This document shows positions 28,504 through 38,017 of a stretch of DNA of 64,000 nucleotides, piece after piece (the first letter of the stretch is position 1; every line of letters starts with the position of its first letter). Where the stretch lies: sequence record MK568540.2, one strand, 5' to 3'. A model generated the notes under the pieces. It had not been told where the DNA came from. It worked only from the letters and a program-made list of their open reading frames with translations, and made no database searches. A program made the position numbers and the translations under genes.

Positions 28504-28883
28504 TTGATATCTCCGTGTTCAATTTTTTCCCAGCCGCCAGTGATTTCATCTGGGTCAATACCGCGACTACTAAGTTCTGCAATCATGTAATCTTTGAAAT
28601 CGTGACCACTCATGTGATTCTCGGGTGCTTCGAACCAATAAATCACTTTACCGAAATTAGTACGCCAGTATTTCTCTGCGTTAGTCAGTTCACAGTAACG
28701 CTTAACACCACCGCCACCACCATCCACGTGACTTAGAGAATCAAACCATCTTGCCTCTTCGTCTAGTTGTTCATCGCCCGCATCGAATTCAATTGGCTCT
28801 GGTTTATACGGCATACCGTATCTGATACAGAGATAAGTGCCGCTTTCACGCGGCAATCTTTCTCTTACGTCTATTGTTTGCAT
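28491..28883 (-). CDS. hypothetical protein (DUF551-like N-terminus)
   Basis: IDVRERLPRESGTYLC. Confidence 0.6.
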   Translation of the reverse strand: MQTIDVRERLPRESGTYLCIRYGMPYKPEPIEFDAGDEQLDEEARWFDSLSHVDGGGGGVKRYCELTNAEKYWRTNFGKVIYWFEAPENHMSGHDFKDYMIAELSSRGIDPDEITGGWEKIEHGDIKCIK

Positions 28884-29443
28884 TATGCACCCTTCTGCAA
28901 GTCGCGAATTTGAACCCCGTGGTCGTCGAGAACACCAAGATGATTTTTCACAACATAGTTTACATTCTTTTCGTATGTGTTCGCGTGACTGCTCAAGATC
29001 TTTTTCGCTGCGTCTGTCTTAGCTTCGTGAATGTATTGAAGTACTGTCGCTTTTCCAACCTCAATTGAAGTGAACTTCTTATGACGGTACGACTTATCGA
29101 CAATCATTTCAGCGATACATTGTTCGATTAATGCAATGATACCGGTTTTCGGGACTGCTTTGCGACCATCTTTATATGGCACAGATACGATGCCTAGTTT
29201 GTCTGCTTCTTTACGACATAGGTAGCGAAAAACAGAAACATTTTCTACTAAGTTTTTCTTACCGACATATCGAGACAACAACCCTTTCTCTACACCTTCT
29301 CGCAGTTCATCATGAACTCGGCGGCGAATTGAGTCGATGTAAAACGGATCCAGTGAGTCGTCATAACGATCTTGTGCAATCTCATATGTGCTAAGATTGT
29401 ATACGCCTTTAAATGAAAGTGCTAAATTTACTGCTTGGTTCAT
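28883..29443 (-). CDS. hypothetical protein
   Basis: 186 aa. Confidence 0.7.
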   Translation of the reverse strand: MNQAVNLALSFKGVYNLSTYEIAQDRYDDSLDPFYIDSIRRRVHDELREGVEKGLLSRYVGKKNLVENVSVFRYLCRKEADKLGIVSVPYKDGRKAVPKTGIIALIEQCIAEMIVDKSYRHKKFTSIEVGKATVLQYIHEAKTDAAKKILSSHANTYEKNVNYVVKNHLGVLDDHGVQIRDLQKGA

Positions 29444-29475
29444 AATATTTCTCTCAGAATTTTGAATTGTGAAGA

Positions 29476-30111
29476 TTAACGGTTGTTTACGAATTTTGCG
29501 ATATCTTCAATGGTCAGACCATTTTCTGACATATTATTGACAACGCATTCAAGTGCTTTGCATTTATCGTGTTGTTCAACAATTTCTTCTGCTTGTCGAA
29601 CTGTTGTACACGATTCACCGCTTAATTTTGATACTAATTTTACAAACTTTTCGTCTGAACGTTTTCGACCCTCTATAACTTTTGACATTTCATCCATTGT
29701 TACGTCGCCGCGATTGACTGCGATTTGCGAGCCTAATGGCGTGTTAAGTCGAAGATCTTGACTCTCAACTGAGTTTATTTTGCTCGTCTTGCAGTTTTTT
29801 CTCTTTTCTCGATTTTTGATCTGTTCGATTCGCTTTTCTTCTTTATAACGACGGTGTAACTCAAGTGCTTCTTCGTAATGTTCTTTGATGCAGTAGTAGC
29901 AATTCTCAACCGTATCGCCAGTCATTTCTACAAATTCATCAAATGTGATCGGAGTATACTTGCTTATATACTTCTTAGTAACGATTTTAATCTTAGTGGC
30001 ACTTCCATCAGTATAGTTCAGAAAGTATTGAGATGGTGTTAAGTGAGCAGCTACAAAAAAAAGCCCGTTACAAGTGAAGATTTTCACGTCTTTAATATCA
30101 TTGATGTTCAT
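29476..30111 (-). CDS. hypothetical protein
   Basis: 211 aa, AGGA SD. Confidence 0.7.
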   Translation of the reverse strand: MNINDIKDVKIFTCNGLFFVAAHLTPSQYFLNYTDGSATKIKIVTKKYISKYTPITFDEFVEMTGDTVENCYYCIKEHYEEALELHRRYKEEKRIEQIKNREKRKNCKTSKINSVESQDLRLNTPLGSQIAVNRGDVTMDEMSKVIEGRKRSDEKFVKLVSKLSGESCTTVRQAEEIVEQHDKCKALECVVNNMSENGLTIEDIAKFVNNR

Positions 30112-30120
30112 AATATGTCC

Positions 30121-30291
30121 TTAAAATGTATCATATAGTGTTGTAATCAGTTCGAAAGATTCTAGCTCATGAACTTCGTACGTGTCAAGAACTAATTCAG
30201 CATGTGAGAGTTTTTGTACTTCACACTTGTTATCTCGATGAGATTTCACAATGAAATCTTCACCGTTAATACGTCTGATTTGATTTACCAT
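30121..30291 (-). CDS. 56-aa microprotein (not in ORF track)
   Basis: hand-translated MVNQIRRINGEDFIV...; fills the gap. Confidence 0.5.
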   Translation of the reverse strand: MVNQIRRINGEDFIVKSHRDNKCEVQKLSHAELVLDTYEVHELESFELITTLYDTF

Positions 30292-30292
30292 T

Positions 30293-30535
30293 TTATCTGC
30301 CTTTTAGCTTGTTTACAACCATTATGAATAACTTTTCTACAGCAATTGCCGACCCAATCACAATTATAAAGATTGAAATAAAGGGCCATAACATACCAAT
30401 CACTAGAACACGTTGAGCAAAGTCACCCGTTGTCTCTTCTTTGTTGTTTTTAACTTCGTAGTAAATGTAATACGCGATAATCAACAACATAACACCGAAG
30501 TACGAACCGAAGTATACGATATGTGTATCAGGCAT
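30293..30535 (-). CDS. small membrane protein
   Basis: 80 aa, two TM, LWP motif. Confidence 0.65.
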   Translation of the reverse strand: MPDTHIVYFGSYFGVMLLIIAYYIYYEVKNNKEETTGDFAQRVLVIGMLWPFISIFIIVIGSAIAVEKLFIMVVNKLKGR

Positions 30536-30800
30536 TTATTACCTCCCAATACTTCTTGTAATTCTCTTGAAAGTGTGTCAGTGCATCATCGTATGTCTCA
30601 CCGTCGAAATCAACATCTGCCGCTTTGACAAAACACAGACGCTTGACCATACCTGGCTTACCGCACGGGTAGAACAAGTCTAATTCGTCATTGAACATGC
30701 GAACATCAGTAATGTTATCGCGAAGTTCTTCAGCAGTGTTAATAGGGATTCTGTCGTATACAACTCGCGATTTAATTAACGCTAACATGCTGTGCCTCAC
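30528..30800 (-). CDS. hypothetical protein
   Basis: 90 aa. Confidence 0.6.
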   Translation of the reverse strand: MRHSMLALIKSRVVYDRIPINTAEELRDNITDVRMFNDELDLFYPCGKPGMVKRLCFVKAADVDFDGETYDDALTHFQENYKKYWEVINA

Positions 30801-31023
30801 CTTGATAATGCTCTAATGATACGCTCGTATGATCTGCAAGCGAAATTAAACCTTTCTTGAGTAAAGCACGACACGTAATCGTCATCGGCAATACACACGG
30901 TCTGTTTTGCTGCTCATGAAAGCATAGCTTGTTATTGCTAGTGTAAGCGTATGCAATCATCGTGCCGTTGCGTAGACCTTCTAGAATACGCTCTTGTTGT
31001 CTTGTCATAGTCCCAACGCCCAT
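30772..31023 (-). CDS. hypothetical protein
   Basis: start probably MTRQQE (~31008). Confidence 0.6.
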   Translation of the reverse strand: MGVGTMTRQQERILEGLRNGTMIAYAYTSNNKLCFHEQQNRPCVLPMTITCRALLKKGLISLADHTSVSLEHYQGEAQHVSVN

Positions 31024-31307
31024 CGCTCTTCTTTGCTCAGTTTCGCTAACGCAGCTTGCTTTAGACTCTCTCTATGCGCGGCTGTGCTTTCGTCAAGTGA
31101 TTCGTACACTGTGATTTCTTTAACATCCCAATCAGGATACGCTTCATTTCGCCAGTCGCCTTTTGCAGGCTTGCGACCCATGACACCAGTCTTACCTTTA
31201 GTACAAGCCCATGCATCATCTTCGTTTGTGAAATACGCGGTTGGTTTCATCATACCGCGACCTTCAGTCATGTCAGTTTGATAGCGTACAACATAAATCT
31301 TTTGCAT
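31005..31307 (-). CDS. hypothetical protein
   Basis: 100 aa, ends AALAKLS.EE..ALGL. Confidence 0.7.
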   Translation of the reverse strand: MQKIYVVRYQTDMTEGRGMMKPTAYFTNEDDAWACTKGKTGVMGRKPAKGDWRNEAYPDWDVKEITVYESLDESTAAHRESLKQAALAKLSKEERWALGL

Positions 31308-31891
31308 TACAGTGCTCCCATTACTACTAGTTTCTTCTTGAATACGTCTAGACGTTGCTCAAATGCATTGCCTTCAGCGTCGTTGCTCATGATGTACCAA
31401 TCTTTGTACTTGCCACGCTGCTCAAATGTGATGTCAGTCATACCAAGAATCTCTGTTGCTTTCTCAGCTACTAAATCACGTGCTGCTTGACCACGTACGT
31501 TAGTTTTCTTTGGCGCTTCAGTTTTCTCAACTGCCTTCGCTTTCGGCTCAACTGCTTTCTCAACTTTTGGCGCAGTGACTTTCGCAACTAGCTCTTCGTA
31601 TTGACCAACGAAGTCATTTTGTGCAATCGCCATTTCAGCAATTTGACCCGCAGTGTGCTGAACATCATTCAACTCAGCTTGCAAGTAAGCTTTCGCTTCT
31701 TTAAGTGTGTCACCGCATACTTCAGTCACTGATACGTGTGCGTCTGAGTTTTCGTCGTAACATACAGCAGCGCGTAGTACAATCTCATCTGCTTCTTCAG
31801 TAGCAAAGATAGTGAAATCTTTGTATAAAATAGTGCTGATACCGAATTCGCGAATGTCTTTGATTTTGATGTTGTTTAGATTGCTTGGCAT
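31307..31891 (-). CDS. hypothetical protein
   Basis: 194 aa after cassette leader. Confidence 0.75.
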   Translation of the reverse strand: MPSNLNNIKIKDIREFGISTILYKDFTIFATEEADEIVLRAAVCYDENSDAHVSVTEVCGDTLKEAKAYLQAELNDVQHTAGQIAEMAIAQNDFVGQYEELVAKVTAPKVEKAVEPKAKAVEKTEAPKKTNVRGQAARDLVAEKATEILGMTDITFEQRGKYKDWYIMSNDAEGNAFEQRLDVFKKKLVVMGAL

Positions 31892-31928
31892 AATGTTCTC
31901 TCTTAGTTAAGTCGTTTAAGATTGTGTA

Positions 31929-31985
31929 TCTCGTTTCGATGTAGATATAATACTAAATCACCATTCACCACGCAACCACTTTTTG
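31929..31985 (-). promoter_or_regulatory. early promoter cassette
   Basis: TTGCGT(31970-75)-17-TATTAT(31947-52); CTACATCGAAACGAGATAC leader. Confidence 0.85.
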
Positions 31986-32012
31986 CAAAAAACTTAAACT
32001 TTTTTCTTTTAT

Positions 32013-32059
32013 TTTTCTTCAGACCTAAAAAAGCCCCAATTAAGGGGCTTTTATTAACG
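32013..32059 (-). terminator. intrinsic terminator, 47-bp block repeated at 11177
   Basis: aaaaaagcccc-aattaa-ggggctttt. Confidence 0.8.
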
Positions 32060-32347
32060 GCTAATTAAATCTTCACCGCTTTTTATCTTTTCAATCTGAC
32101 CACGATCTAATCGAGAACCGCGTTTAGTTACAAGAGAAGTAAACTGCGCTACGCTTGCTGTTTTCACTTCACTTACACTCACACCTGTATACTCAACATA
32201 ATGAACTGTATCACCTGATACATTCCAATTACCAGAATCATCAGTTACATCTAACACAACTAGATCGATGTTTCGATTCGGCGTGTTGTATATGAAATTT
32301 TTCGATACGCGCATGACCGACTCGTTGAATTCTTTAAAGCTTTTCAT
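32054..32347 (-). CDS. possible internal head protein
   Basis: MKSFKEFNE resembles T4 capsid-targeting sequence MKT(F/Y)xEF..E. Confidence 0.5.
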   Translation of the reverse strand: MKSFKEFNESVMRVSKNFIYNTPNRNIDLVVLDVTDDSGNWNVSGDTVHYVEYTGVSVSEVKTASVAQFTSLVTKRGSRLDRGQIEKIKSGEDLISR

Positions 32348-32379
32348 TGTTGTTCCTTATTTGATGACTTACGTATTAC

Positions 32380-32664
32380 TTATGATAGATCAATTGTCAC
32401 TGGCGGTTCAAGACCTATACTTCTGTAATACGCATGTTTTATCGGACGACTGAATTCACGCTCTGCGTCGATAGTCGTTATATCGTTTTCAATACACACT
32501 GTGATAATGTGCTCTAACCAACCACCAATCTTTAGATCGGGCCAATGTGGATTAGCTAGTAGCACATCAATCATAGATAGACAACGGTCACGCTTCTCAA
32601 CTGGTAAGTGAACAGACAACAAAGCCGCCCGCTCACATAACGCAGTTAATGTACATTTGTCCAT
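32380..32664 (-). CDS. hypothetical protein
   Basis: 94 aa. Confidence 0.65.
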   Translation of the reverse strand: MDKCTLTALCERAALLSVHLPVEKRDRCLSMIDVLLANPHWPDLKIGGWLEHIITVCIENDITTIDAEREFSRPIKHAYYRSIGLEPPVTIDLS

Positions 32665-33020
32665 TACTTGTAAACAGTCATTGTCACTTGATGCGGGTGT
32701 ACTTCTGTTACATCGTCAAGCGTCGGCATGTCTAAACACATGTCACTGGCACAGTTATCACCAGTAATGTGATAATCAAACGTAGCGAAGTAACGCTCTA
32801 CACCGTCGATGTCAACAGCATGTACGACAGAACGAACGTCATACCAACGATGCTCAGAATCGGTTTCTTCTTGGACGACTCGCTTGCTCAAACATTCTAC
32901 AAATGTTTCATACATCGAATCTGGCTCGTTTGAATAACCATGTTCGTCGTTGTACGCTTTTACTGCGTCATATAGTGCTTGGCTCATTTTGCCCACCCCA
33001 TTTTGTATAGTAGTTCGCAA
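32664..33020 (-). CDS. hypothetical acidic protein
   Basis: start probably MSQALY (~32987). Confidence 0.65.
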   Translation of the reverse strand: MRTTIQNGVGKMSQALYDAVKAYNDEHGYSNEPDSMYETFVECLSKRVVQEETDSEHRWYDVRSVVHAVDIDGVERYFATFDYHITGDNCASDMCLDMPTLDDVTEVHPHQVTMTVYK

Positions 33021-33331
33021 GTTGCTTCAACGTCATTTTCGACATCGGCAACCCATTCGAATATCTTTTCGTTAATATTACATACGGCATACACGTCCAT
33101 GTAACCGCTCATATACGTACTTTCTTCTTCAAGAACTTTCACGTATGATTCGTCGTATTGAACAACTTTACCGTCGGCATCGACTTCAATCGAATACGAT
33201 TCTTCGGGATCATCTTCAACTAGCTTCATGACATCTAGAAACTTGTCTAAACACGGGTCTGTCATCGGTATAAAACGATGCCATGTTTCACCTTCGTGAT
33301 CGTTATATTCTGTATAACGTACGTATTTCAT
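32984..33331 (-). CDS. hypothetical acidic protein
   Basis: 115 aa, E.ND.EGETW motif. Confidence 0.7.
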   Translation of the reverse strand: MKYVRYTEYNDHEGETWHRFIPMTDPCLDKFLDVMKLVEDDPEESYSIEVDADGKVVQYDESYVKVLEEESTYMSGYMDVYAVCNINEKIFEWVADVENDVEATCELLYKMGWAK

Positions 33332-33630
33332 CCCAACACCCTTTTCACTTTCAAATATGTTTCGTAATCGGTCTTCTGAATTTGCGCTTCAGAACCGATT
33401 ACACCTTTAAGACGATAATTTATATTGTCATCGTCTGAATCAAAATGCATACGAGTACCACAGTCAATGCATTTCACTTCATTCCAATAACAATCACACG
33501 TCGGGTCGTAATTGCCCGTGTTAGACTTGAGTTCATAAGCCACACGAGTATGTTGGCAACGACTGCGCTCTTGTTCTAACTTATGCTGAAGCTCGGCAAT
33601 CTGCGCTTCTAATTCAAATACGCTGTCCAT
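33328..33630 (-). CDS. Zn-binding protein, paralog of 34209..34541
   Basis: ELEAQ coiled coil, C.HTRV.Y, CIDC. Confidence 0.7.
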   Translation of the reverse strand: MDSVFELEAQIAELQHKLEQERSRCQHTRVAYELKSNTGNYDPTCDCYWNEVKCIDCGTRMHFDSDDDNINYRLKGVIGSEAQIQKTDYETYLKVKRVLG

Positions 33631-34200
33631 CTAAATCCCCTTTAGAAAATGCTTACGACACATACTACGGTAATCAGTATCACCGATATGTGTCTGCTCG
33701 CCTTCTGTTACGCGCTCACCATCGATGTACAAGCCGATATGTGTTGCTTTCTTATGACAACCATCAACTGAACACATTGCTTTGATTTCGCGAATCTCAT
33801 CGGCATGGCACATCAATGCAGCAGAACCCGCAAACAAATTACCCATGTAATCATTACGTATGCCATAACAAAGCACTGGTATGTTGTACTGATCAACCAG
33901 AGTAGCAAGCTGAAGTACTTGTTTCTCAGTTAGAAACTGACATTCGTCAACGAAAATCGCAGCAGGAACTAGTTCAAATAACGCATAGTCAATGAAGTCG
34001 AAGTCCTCAGAGTACAATACTGCATCATGCTCTAAGCCAATACGACTTGAGATCTTACCAGTTCCACCAAAACGATTGTCTTGATAGTAGTTAAAATACC
34101 ACACAGTAGAACCAGTCTGTTCATAGTTATGAGCAGCTTGTAATAGCTGTGCAGATTTGCCCGCGTTCATAGCGGAATAATTGTAGTAAAGTTTTGCCAT
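33631..34200 (-). CDS. tk: thymidine kinase
   Basis: MAKLYY.YSAMNAGKS, VDECQFL, LCYG.R.D, C..C / Y...CRKH Zn motifs. Confidence 0.95.
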   Translation of the reverse strand: MAKLYYNYSAMNAGKSAQLLQAAHNYEQTGSTVWYFNYYQDNRFGGTGKISSRIGLEHDAVLYSEDFDFIDYALFELVPAAIFVDECQFLTEKQVLQLATLVDQYNIPVLCYGIRNDYMGNLFAGSAALMCHADEIREIKAMCSVDGCHKKATHIGLYIDGERVTEGEQTHIGDTDYRSMCRKHFLKGI

Positions 34201-34208
34201 GTTAGTCC

Positions 34209-34541
34209 TTAATATGGATATGGTGGAACTGGCTCACCGTCAATCGCTGCTTTAACTTGCAAGTAGATTTTGTACTTCTCTTCTTCAATACTCAAATCAC
34301 TACCAATCTCACGTTGCATATGATAGTTTAATATATCAACATGAGAGTAGAAACGATGTACGGTCTTGCAGTCAATACAACGAACATCACGCCAATCACC
34401 ACTGTCATTTGAACCAATAGTATACGTGACTCTTGTATGACGACATTTATCACGCTCTTCGTCAATCTCTTTCTGAAGAGCTTTCATTTGCGCTTCTAAT
34501 TCAACTATTCTCATTAGATAATCACCATTGACAACCATCAA
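34209..34541 (-). CDS. Zn-binding protein, paralog of 33328..33630
   Basis: ELEAQ, C.HTRV.Y, CIDC. Confidence 0.7.
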   Translation of the reverse strand: MMVVNGDYLMRIVELEAQMKALQKEIDEERDKCRHTRVTYTIGSNDSGDWRDVRCIDCKTVHRFYSHVDILNYHMQREIGSDLSIEEEKYKIYLQVKAAIDGEPVPPYPY

Positions 34542-35452
34542 TTATCTTCATTTTTCTCATAATCACTTAGTTCATACGGCTTCATATTCGTATAACCAGT
34601 ATCTGATTCTTTGTATTTCGTCTGTGGCTGTGCATTAACAACAAACGAACCGAATTTCTTTGTTTCAAGCCAGTCGATTATCTCATCTAACCACGTCTCA
34701 ATACCGAAGTAATCACTCCATACTTGTAGACGACGAAACTTACGAATCGCATCGGCAACGCTGTCTTCATCTACGTCAGTTAGCTTACACTTAGGGCCAG
34801 GTAAATCAACATGTTTAACATCGATGAAATCAGGGTGTGACAAGCTCTTCATTTCACGCCATTTACCATGTACGTCGCGCATATGACGATCATTGGCATA
34901 CAGATCAGTTGTAATACGACCAATCGAGTATCTAATACCCTCTTTGAATTGCTTCTCTGTTACATGACCTTGAGCATGACCCGCAGGTGAGATGAAACGT
35001 ATGATTTCGAAATCACATGAGAACGGTTGACCATAATCACCTTGTAATACGAAATTGTGAATATCACAACGACCTGTCATACTGACATTACGACATGCAT
35101 TCGGCTTTAAGGTTCGATTCGTGTAATCTTTTTCTTGAGTGTCAGAAAGTAAAACTACGTCTTTCCCGTTGACATTGATTACACGCTTTTCGTATAAGTC
35201 AGATTGAGCTTCTAACGGAGCGCGTGTCTCTACACCATGCGTGTCATGTTCATCGAGATAGTCATTTGGTAGATAATCTAAACTCCAACGACCACAACAT
35301 GAACCACAAGACGCTGGACATAAAAATCCCTTGCGTATGTTCTCTTGAATGCGCATCGTCTTAGGGACGTACAAATTACCCTTGTATCGAAAAGGGGTTT
35401 TACTCACCATCGACATGTACATGGCAATCTTGTCTACTGAATCAACTTTCAC
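34538..35452 (-). CDS. YkgJ-like cysteine-cluster (Fe-S/Zn) protein
   Basis: CPASCGSCC, C...S.TGRC.IH, P..C. Confidence 0.5.
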   Translation of the reverse strand: MKVDSVDKIAMYMSMVSKTPFRYKGNLYVPKTMRIQENIRKGFLCPASCGSCCGRWSLDYLPNDYLDEHDTHGVETRAPLEAQSDLYEKRVINVNGKDVVLLSDTQEKDYTNRTLKPNACRNVSMTGRCDIHNFVLQGDYGQPFSCDFEIIRFISPAGHAQGHVTEKQFKEGIRYSIGRITTDLYANDRHMRDVHGKWREMKSLSHPDFIDVKHVDLPGPKCKLTDVDEDSVADAIRKFRRLQVWSDYFGIETWLDEIIDWLETKKFGSFVVNAQPQTKYKESDTGYTNMKPYELSDYEKNEDN

Positions 35453-35762
35453 GCAATGCCCCTTCTACTACTTCAGTCCAATGAGCACCACCGTTATAGT
35501 GATACGTCTCGAAATGAATATCACCGTTCTCTTGAACGTCAGCATTGGCAATATGACACAGTTCTTCGCGCTCATGCGAGAACGTGACAGTGTAAGGCTT
35601 GTCTAAAATAAACTCCAACCCAAACTCACAAGCGTTATCACGTAGATATTCAACTTTAGAATCGTAGAAACCTGGTAAATATGTCACTAGTTCTTCAGCT
35701 AGTTCTTCAATAGATTTATGAACTGGTGTCAATACCCCTTTATTATATTCCATCTGGCTCAT
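35442..35762 (-). CDS. hypothetical protein
   Basis: 106 aa, YYNGG-like motif. Confidence 0.7.
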   Translation of the reverse strand: MSQMEYNKGVLTPVHKSIEELAEELVTYLPGFYDSKVEYLRDNACEFGLEFILDKPYTVTFSHEREELCHIANADVQENGDIHFETYHYNGGAHWTEVVEGALRES

Positions 35763-35914
35763 TGTCTTTCCTCGTTTAGCTTACGACATAACTCATAAGC
35801 CCCGTTGTAAGTGAAATGATATGAAACAGTTCTTCGGTCGTAGTTGTCTGAGAATATAACGACTTTCCATAACAACCCGTATAGAGAAGAACGAACGGCA
35901 TACATCTTGTTCAT
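35759..35914 (-). CDS. 51-aa microprotein (not in ORF track)
   Basis: hand-translated MNKMYAVRSS...; ATGA overlaps at both ends. Confidence 0.55.
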   Translation of the reverse strand: MNKMYAVRSSLYGLLWKVVIFSDNYDRRTVSYHFTYNGAYELCRKLNEERQ

Positions 35915-36096
35915 CGTTTAAACCCGTGCTCTAACATTGCCCCATAACCAGTACCGTTCTGACCGCCATGAAAGAACACGTATAACGGCTTGTTATCATG
36001 TTCAGTAATAGCAATTATAGTCACTGGTTGACCGTCGATATTGTGATAACGACTAGCTGGCGCAGCAGAGACTTTAACAACGTCACCTACTTTCAT
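35911..36096 (-). CDS. small SH3/KOW-like protein
   Basis: MKVGDVVKV; 61 aa. Confidence 0.55.
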   Translation of the reverse strand: MKVGDVVKVSAAPASRYHNIDGQPVTIIAITEHDNKPLYVFFHGGQNGTGYGAMLEHGFKR

Positions 36097-36527
36097 AACT
36101 CAACCCCTTGCATAGATAACCATGTTTCAAGCTCACGTTTAGCAGAGACTAGATTGTTTCTCAGTGCATGAAAATCTTTAGAGTGAACTCGATTGCGCTC
36201 GACTGTGTGATAATCACTGTAATGGAACATGGCGTAATCAAACCCCTCTTTATCAATACAACGCTGTAAGATAGATTTATCTTGAGCTGATAAAGTAAGA
36301 TCTTGTGTTTCAATAGAACCGAGACAACGTAACTCGCGAATATCGTAAGTACTAAAGTCAATAGTACCCCACGCGTGAATATGACCGAGCAGAATATAAC
36401 GACCATGTTCTTCTTTGTATAGATCATTCATGTCAGTCATATACGCTCGTTTGCCTTCGTTGGCATGGTCGTCTGTCATTTCAATAAGACAGATATCATT
36501 TGATGTTTGCCAGAAACGGTAAATCAT
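36093..36527 (-). CDS. hypothetical protein
   Basis: 144 aa. Confidence 0.7.
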   Translation of the reverse strand: MIYRFWQTSNDICLIEMTDDHANEGKRAYMTDMNDLYKEEHGRYILLGHIHAWGTIDFSTYDIRELRCLGSIETQDLTLSAQDKSILQRCIDKEGFDYAMFHYSDYHTVERNRVHSKDFHALRNNLVSAKRELETWLSMQGVEL

Positions 36528-36528
36528 G

Positions 36529-36669
36529 TTAATAACCTCGCTTTGCTCGTTTCGCTTTAATGGCGCGCTTTACACGACGGGAATATTCAGAGTTGTCATT
36601 ACTCTTCAGTAGGAAATCCTCGTACGATTCTGAACGCTTGTCTAAGTCTATTCCCGCGGGAGTGTTCAT
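36529..36669 (-). CDS. 46-aa basic microprotein (not in ORF track)
   Basis: hand-translated MNTPAGIDLDKRS...KAKRAKRGY. Confidence 0.45.
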   Translation of the reverse strand: MNTPAGIDLDKRSESYEDFLLKSNDNSEYSRRVKRAIKAKRAKRGY

Positions 36670-36692
36670 ATTACCATTATACATTTTGCTTC

Positions 36693-36899
36693 TCACTTTA
36701 TGACTTTAAATCGACTAGACGTTTTGTTAATGGTCATGTTTGCACGATAACCATTAACGATCTTCTTACCAGCTACACTTATAACTTGCATTACAAATGA
36801 ATACTTGTCTTTCCGAACCGTCACTGGCGAGACAATTTCATAGTTGAACGCATCGCCAAGCAAAGTCTCTTCTAAAACACTACCCTTTTTGAGTTTCAT
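36693..36899 (-). CDS. hypothetical protein
   Basis: start refined to MKLKKG. Confidence 0.55.
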   Translation of the reverse strand: MKLKKGSVLEETLLGDAFNYEIVSPVTVRKDKYSFVMQVISVAGKKIVNGYRANMTINKTSSRFKVIK

Positions 36900-37215
36900 T
36901 ATCAACCCCATACACGTCTGGGAAGTACGTCTTGTATTCTTCAAATTGACATGGTTTATGTTCGCGTAGATATTCACCATGTTCAATAATTGCTTTTTCA
37001 CTCGACCAGAAATCTTCAATACAACCACCACATTCACACTCAGGGCATTGAATTTCAGTATAAGGTGGCATTTCCCAACCGTCGTGATGCCCGTAATCAT
37101 GAATACAATCTGCAACTGCAAAGTCTTTATGACATACAGTACATCGACATTCATCGAATACAGGACCATCACGCTCTTGTTTGACTCTGGCGAGCAATGA
37201 TCTTAGATTAATCAT
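36880..37215 (-). CDS. Zn-ribbon protein
   Basis: CRCTVC...CPECECG. Confidence 0.65.
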   Translation of the reverse strand: MINLRSLLARVKQERDGPVFDECRCTVCHKDFAVADCIHDYGHHDGWEMPPYTEIQCPECECGGCIEDFWSSEKAIIEHGEYLREHKPCQFEEYKTYFPDVYGVDNETQKG

Positions 37216-37429
37216 TTTTCTTACGTTTGTAAGCTTTATGAGCTTCTACAAATGGCCATGTAATTGCTGCGAGAAACGCCCCGAGTACAGTCGCAACAAT
37301 ACCGATGATGACAGCACCTAATAGTACCACCAGCCCGACGAGGAATTCAATTATCGACCAGATAACCCCAACAATCGCCATAAACACGACTACGAAAACA
37401 GTCGCAATACCTACAATTAAATCTTTCAT
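37208..37429 (-). CDS. small membrane protein
   Basis: 73 aa, highly hydrophobic. Confidence 0.65.
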   Translation of the reverse strand: MKDLIVGIATVFVVVFMAIVGVIWSIIEFLVGLVVLLGAVIIGIVATVLGAFLAAITWPFVEAHKAYKRKKND

Positions 37430-37680
37430 TTTTTATTTCTCGTAAAATAGTTGACCATATCAAGCATACGGTCTCTGATAAAGAATAGCACAAGTGCGAA
37501 CCAGATTAAACTAAAGAAAGCAATGCACTTATGCGTTTCGATTGATGTAATCGGGAACTTGTTGTCTAACTTGCCTTTGAGCTTGTACATGGCATAATCA
37601 CCACCAGCAATATACAGATAAGCACCAAGTGCGACAAGTAGATAAAACGCTAGAATATTAATGATCATAGTGGCTTCCAT
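37426..37680 (-). CDS. small membrane protein
   Basis: 84 aa, two TM. Confidence 0.6.
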   Translation of the reverse strand: MEATMIINILAFYLLVALGAYLYIAGGDYAMYKLKGKLDNKFPITSIETHKCIAFFSLIWFALVLFFIRDRMLDMVNYFTRNKK

Positions 37681-38015
37681 AGTTGTTGCATTGTTTGATG
37701 ATGCACTTTCAAGTACTCGATAAAGCGCGGTACTTCGTCTTCAGTAATAGAACGAATGAAGAACGGAGCGAAAATACCTTTACGTTGATGCATCATAAAG
37801 ATCTCGGCGTAGTACGTATCAAGCGGTGTTTCGCAGTCTTCAGACAAGTTCGGCTTGACATCCCAACGGAATACTAGATTATAATCAACGTCAGCGTCTT
37901 CGAACTCGTCTAAAAACTCTGTCATTGTCTCAAATACACCACCCGACTCGTTACTATGGTAATTACTATCAGCACAGTAATACGGATGTTCTACTGCTAG
38001 TTCAGCTAAAGTCAT
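37665..38015 (-). CDS. hypothetical protein
   Basis: 116 aa; HPYYC, D.DYNLVFRWD. Confidence 0.7.
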   Translation of the reverse strand: MTLAELAVEHPYYCADSNYHSNESGGVFETMTEFLDEFEDADVDYNLVFRWDVKPNLSEDCETPLDTYYAEIFMMHQRKGIFAPFFIRSITEDEVPRFIEYLKVHHQTMQQLWKPL

Positions 38016-38017
38016 GA

